Source of the DNA: Chrysomallon squamiferum
Lineage: Eukaryota > Animalia > Mollusca
Direction: 5' to 3'
Length of the DNA stretch: 64,000 nucleotides
NCBI GenBank assembly: GCA_012295275.1
Contig: CM022665.1
Span: forward strand, 44,082,001 to 44,146,000
The notes below the pieces were generated by a model. The model saw nothing but the letters and a program-made list of their open reading frames with translations, had not been told where the DNA came from and made no database searches. Shown here piece after piece: positions 57,014 through 64,000 of this stretch (position 1 is the stretch's first letter; each line of letters opens with the position of its first letter). The position numbers and the translations under genes are program-made.

Positions 57014-58544
57014 AACCAAGTTGTGTGCGCATGGACGTTTTCACTGATAACATTTTTTTTAAAAAGGATTTCATTTTAATATTTTGCTGGGTTTATTATT
57101 GATTTTTAAATTTTTTTATATATTTTTTATATATTTTTTTTGTTGTTGTAAAAGTCGTAATTAGTTATTTCTTAATTTCATATTTTTGTTTGTTTTGTTT
57201 TTTTTTTTTTTTTTTTTTTTAATTTTTTTTTTTTTTTTTTATGTATTTGCATGTTGTGGTGTTTTTTTGAAGAATTTTCAGAAAAGAAACAGAAAGATAT
57301 AAACGTCTTAACTTTGCGTTTATCAAAACGTAGTAAGAGAATGTTTCGTCTTGTTTCACGTTTTCTTTTTTCTTTTGTTGGGTTTTTAATTTTATTTTCT
57401 ACGAAGAGCCAACGGGGCCAGAATTTTCTCTGTGTATATGTGTGTGTTTTTGTTTTTCTGGATACTTACTTACAAAAGGAGAGACGAAAAAAAGATTCAT
57501 CTTTATATTGTGACATTTCTGTGGATTTTTTATTATGGATTTCGCATTTGTTTCTGCAAATTTTGTTTGAATCACTTTTGCATCTTTTTTACTTTTTTCA
57601 TTTTTACTCGTTTATTTATTTATTTATTTATTTATTTTATTTTTATATATTATTATTATTATTATTGTTATTATTATTATTATTATTTCATTGCTTAGAA
57701 TTCAACTGCATCTTCTTCTTGACAGATTCTTAATAGTAATATTTAACTTTTGTTACATCTATGAAAAGTAATTATTCGACAGATTAAACCATATTTCTCA
57801 AATTTCAGATGTTTCAGTTATTTAATATCTGAAACTAGTAACATAAATAATAACATTTTATATCAAACAGTATAGCACTTTATTATTAAATATAAAATGG
57901 TGATAATATATATTTTTTATTAATATAATTTATTTCCTTCTTATTTTAACATTTTGTTATCTACTGTATATTTTGTCTTTATTTATTCTTTTATTAGTAT
58001 TATTATTACTATTATTATTATTACTACTATTTCTACTACTACTACTACTACTACTACTATTTTAAAATTTATATTACGAATATGAATGTATATATATTTC
58101 TATTCATTTTTTAATTCTTAATATTTTATCAATTGTTACTACTTCTTTTCCAACTACTGCAGCTACTGCAACGTTCTTTTATTACTAATATCAGTAATGA
58201 ACGTAGTGTTAATAATGTTATAAATGTCTGTTTTGTTAAATCAAGTATTAAGATTTCTTGCATTTGAATATCCGAACAATAACAATAGTAGCTGCCGAAA
58301 GAGAAGGAGATTAAATATAATAGTAATAGTAGTAGTAGTAGTAGAAGTAGTAGTAGTAGAAGTAGTAGTAGTAGTAGAAGTTGTAGTAGTAGCAGCAGTA
58401 GTAGTAGTAGCAGCAGTAGTAGCAGTAGCAGTAGTAGTAGTAGTAGTAGTAGTAGTAGCTTAGCAGTAGTAGTCGTAGTAGTACTAGTAGTAGTATTAAT
58501 AACATTAATAATGATAATGATCATAGTGATAATGATAATGATGA

Positions 58545-58595
<51 letters not shown>

Positions 58596-58831
58596 GTGAA
58601 TAACTAACAAATACGTTAATCGCATATGACCAGTCTCTAATAAAGGTCCCTAAAGTCACTTGCTTTAGATGGAGTTCTTGATTTATCAAATTTTTTTATA
58701 CCATTTTCAAGGTCAGTAAGACTGAATACAACAGATAAATATTTAATATTAATTCAGAGGATAGATAAAAATAAAATAAAAATAAAATAAAATAAAATAA
58801 AATAAAATAAAATAAAATAAAATAAAATAAA

Positions 58832-58877
<46 letters not shown>

Positions 58878-59763
58878 TAATAATAATAATAATGATAATA
58901 TAAAAATTTCTTAGAAATGCTGCCAAATATTCAATATTTAATAGTTATAACATTGTCAAATTCAGTTAATTTTTAATTTCTTTTAATACAGAAAAAACAA
59001 TAAAGAAACAATTTTAAACATCTATGTCGCTATATGTAATTTTATCTATTATGCTGAATTTGTATATTTTGTAACAACAGTAATTATAGAAATAACAAAT
59101 AAGTGATGGTGACAGTATTAGTAGTAATAATAATAGTAGTAGAAGTAGTAGTAGTAATGGTAGTAGCAGTAGTAGAAGTAGTATTAGTAATAGTAGTAGC
59201 AGTAATATTACATTTCATGAAATTATCAAACATTTCTTTTCATAGAATTTGAAAACATTCCTTTTCATATATTCAATTTTATTTTCGTGAAGCATTTTAA
59301 TGTCGTGAACTCTTTTAATATTAATTTTCGTGGCGTATTCAGGATTTATATTCATGACACATTTTAAGTTAAAGAAGTGTCTAATTAGAAAGAAAAAAAT
59401 GGTTTGGCTGAAGAGGAGATGTTCTATAATTTGAACAGACATAACGTAGCACTTTAGAATATTACCGTACATTTCCCAATAACGAGGTGTTTAATTTACC
59501 TTATTGTATCTAATAACTTTCTCTTTTTTCTCTCTCTCTCTCTCTTTAACCTGTTGTTGTTTTTGTTGTTATAATTATTATTAGTATTATTATTACTGTT
59601 GTTGTTGTTGTTGCTGGTGGTGGTGGTGGTGGTGGTGATGGTGTTTTCCTTTCTATTCGACTTTTTCTTCTTTTTCTTGATTTGGCTTCGCGATTTTCTC
59701 ATTGTAACCAGTTTGTTCATTGTATTGTAGTCTAGTGATTTGCTGTGGTTAGCACTGAGGATT

Positions 59764-59804
<41 letters not shown>

Positions 59805-59869
59805 AGCTATGAGAACGAAACCAGTGATAAAAATAATCTTATTAATTTATTTCGACCTAGCGTTTACTG

Positions 59870-60051
59870 TTGCCTGTAATAACAATGATGATGTTGATGA
59901 TGATGATTTTAAAAATAATAACGACAACGCTAATGATTATGATGATAATGATGATGATAATAATAATAATAGTAATAATAATAATAATAGAAATAATAAT
60001 AATCATAGAAATAGTAATAATAATAATAGAAATAATAATAATAATAATAGA

Positions 60052-60095
<44 letters not shown>

Positions 60096-60180
60096 TAATA
60101 ATAACAATAATAATAATAATAATAATAACAACAACAATAATAACAACAATAATAACAACAACAAATACAACAATAATGTA
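59870..60180. repeat. (AAT/AAC/GAT)n microsatellite immediately upstream of the myosin acceptor
   Basis: Directly visible; source of the spurious poly-N ORF. Confidence 0.9.
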
Positions 60181-60325
60181 CTGATTCGTTTTTCCTCATT
60201 CCAGCCTAGCGTTTACTGGGGTCTGCACTTATATACCACACGCTAGACAGCCGGTCGAGCATCGTACAGAGCGAAGCACAGTTTCGATCCCTTGTCCCTT
60301 GTTTGACACCTCTCCACCTTTTACC

Positions 60326-62534
<2,209 letters not shown>

Positions 62535-64000
62535 GTAAGAACACACACATTGACTTTAGTCGACGTTTTTCGTAAGACTGTTTCGTAACAGGCTTAAACT
62601 CTAACAGGCTATATATGTATAAACTCGAGATTACAATATCAAAAACAACAATAAAAATAACACAGTAACTCAAATATGGGCCTGTAGCTTAACACTGTAG
62701 GTGAGGTGATAACTTCGGCCAATGTCTTATGACAGTAATCCACATTTCAAAATTCCAGATGACAGTTTAGCATTTTACTTAACAAAGTACAAGAATTCGG
62801 CTGACAAATGCAATGTGGCTTAAACATATACACTTCTGTGAAAACTAGCTGAGAACACAGATTTCTTTCCAAAACGCTGTAAAGTACTTAGTTCAAGGTC
62901 AAATGATCGCTGTTATTGTAGAGCTTGTTTACGTGTGGTTATAAATGGAAGTAATAAATCTAACTGAATATTCTGCATTCCCCTGGCGATGTCACTGAGC
63001 ACACTAAACGATGTGTAAAGCTTTTGTTGCTGATCGGACTTGCAACATCAGCAGGTCGTGCATACATCTATATTTGGTTTTCGTTACAGTCAAGCCTTAC
63101 ACAGTTATGGCACTCCTCTTTCTCAAATACTGGATCCTCCCTAGAGCAATCCGTGATGCTTTTACCATAATCATTTAGAAGCAAACCATACTTTAAGCAG
63201 CCTTCTTCCCAAAACAAACGTATTTATGTTGATGTAAAGATCCATCTCAGCAACATTCACCTCAATCAGTCGATCCCTTGAACCATGGCACCTCCGACAT
63301 TTTCCAGACTTTCAGAACATTTAGTGAGTGTGAAATCGATGTCATCATTATCCAGCCAATTCCACAATTAGCTAATGGTAACTGTTAATGAATAAGAACC
63401 TGAGAAACCTGAGCATATCAGTCTATGCAGGTACTGCAATGAATTTCTGTTATGCTATTCTAACCTCTCCGAGTTCTGTGATCAGCAGCCATTATCTCGG
63501 TATTGTATCATGTACTCAGTTGTCTGAACCGTGATTCATCCTGAAGCGAAATACGCTAATTCTTTCTACAGGTGTCAGAATAATTATTTCCTGTTCTAGA
63601 TAGGACGCCAGAACAATTAACATTTTGACTTGTTTGTAGTCTGGTTGCAGATAAGAGAAAACAGCTGCGTGTAGCTTACAGTTTCAGAATGTTTGTCTTC
63701 TTAGTATTGAGGATTTCAGAATGTAGTTGTTGGAAAGGATGGACTCTGTCGCTTCTTTCCAGTTTTTCGTGCAGCCAAATCTATCACGATTGATCACTAA
63801 TGACTTGATTTTTCTCCTTTCTAGTTCAGACTATAAAGAAAAATATGGTCAAACACAATCCAGATATTTCAGTAGTTATCTATGTTATTTATTTACTTTT
63901 TAAGTTTCTAGTTTTTGTTGTTGTTTATTTTGTTTTGTTTGTTTGCTGTTGTTGTTTTTTGCTTTTTAATTGTTTTTTTTTGTTTTTTATCAAAGAAAAT

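Overview
AT-rich, microsatellite-laden eukaryotic genomic DNA, probably mollusc (inferred from the myosin N-terminus). Three spliced + strand genes were reconstructed by hand. (1) 1-27897: the last 36 exons (1799 codons plus stop, all phases consistent) of a large ankyrin-repeat/acidic/WGR/PARP-regulatory/PARP-catalytic protein (tank-1/pme-5-like architecture, H-Y-E triad intact). (2) 34110-36277: a 5-exon, 137-aa protein with a signal peptide, 14 Cys and C-terminal RDEL, resembling the isolated Cys-rich domain of HRC; the ORF track misses it. (3) 60326 onward: the first three coding exons of a striated-type myosin II heavy chain, with a probable homopolymer frameshift error. The main hidden signal is an array of eight ~60-nt box C/D snoRNA copies (snR38/SNORD1-type guide GTTATCCCTGT, antisense to the 28S peptidyl-transferase region) in PARP introns between 3.1 and 11.7 kb, three of them in one intron. 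Also present: a minisatellite that repeats a splice donor seven times, microsatellite-anchored dispersed elements, and several orphan regulatory islands. All calls were made by eye; no searches were run.
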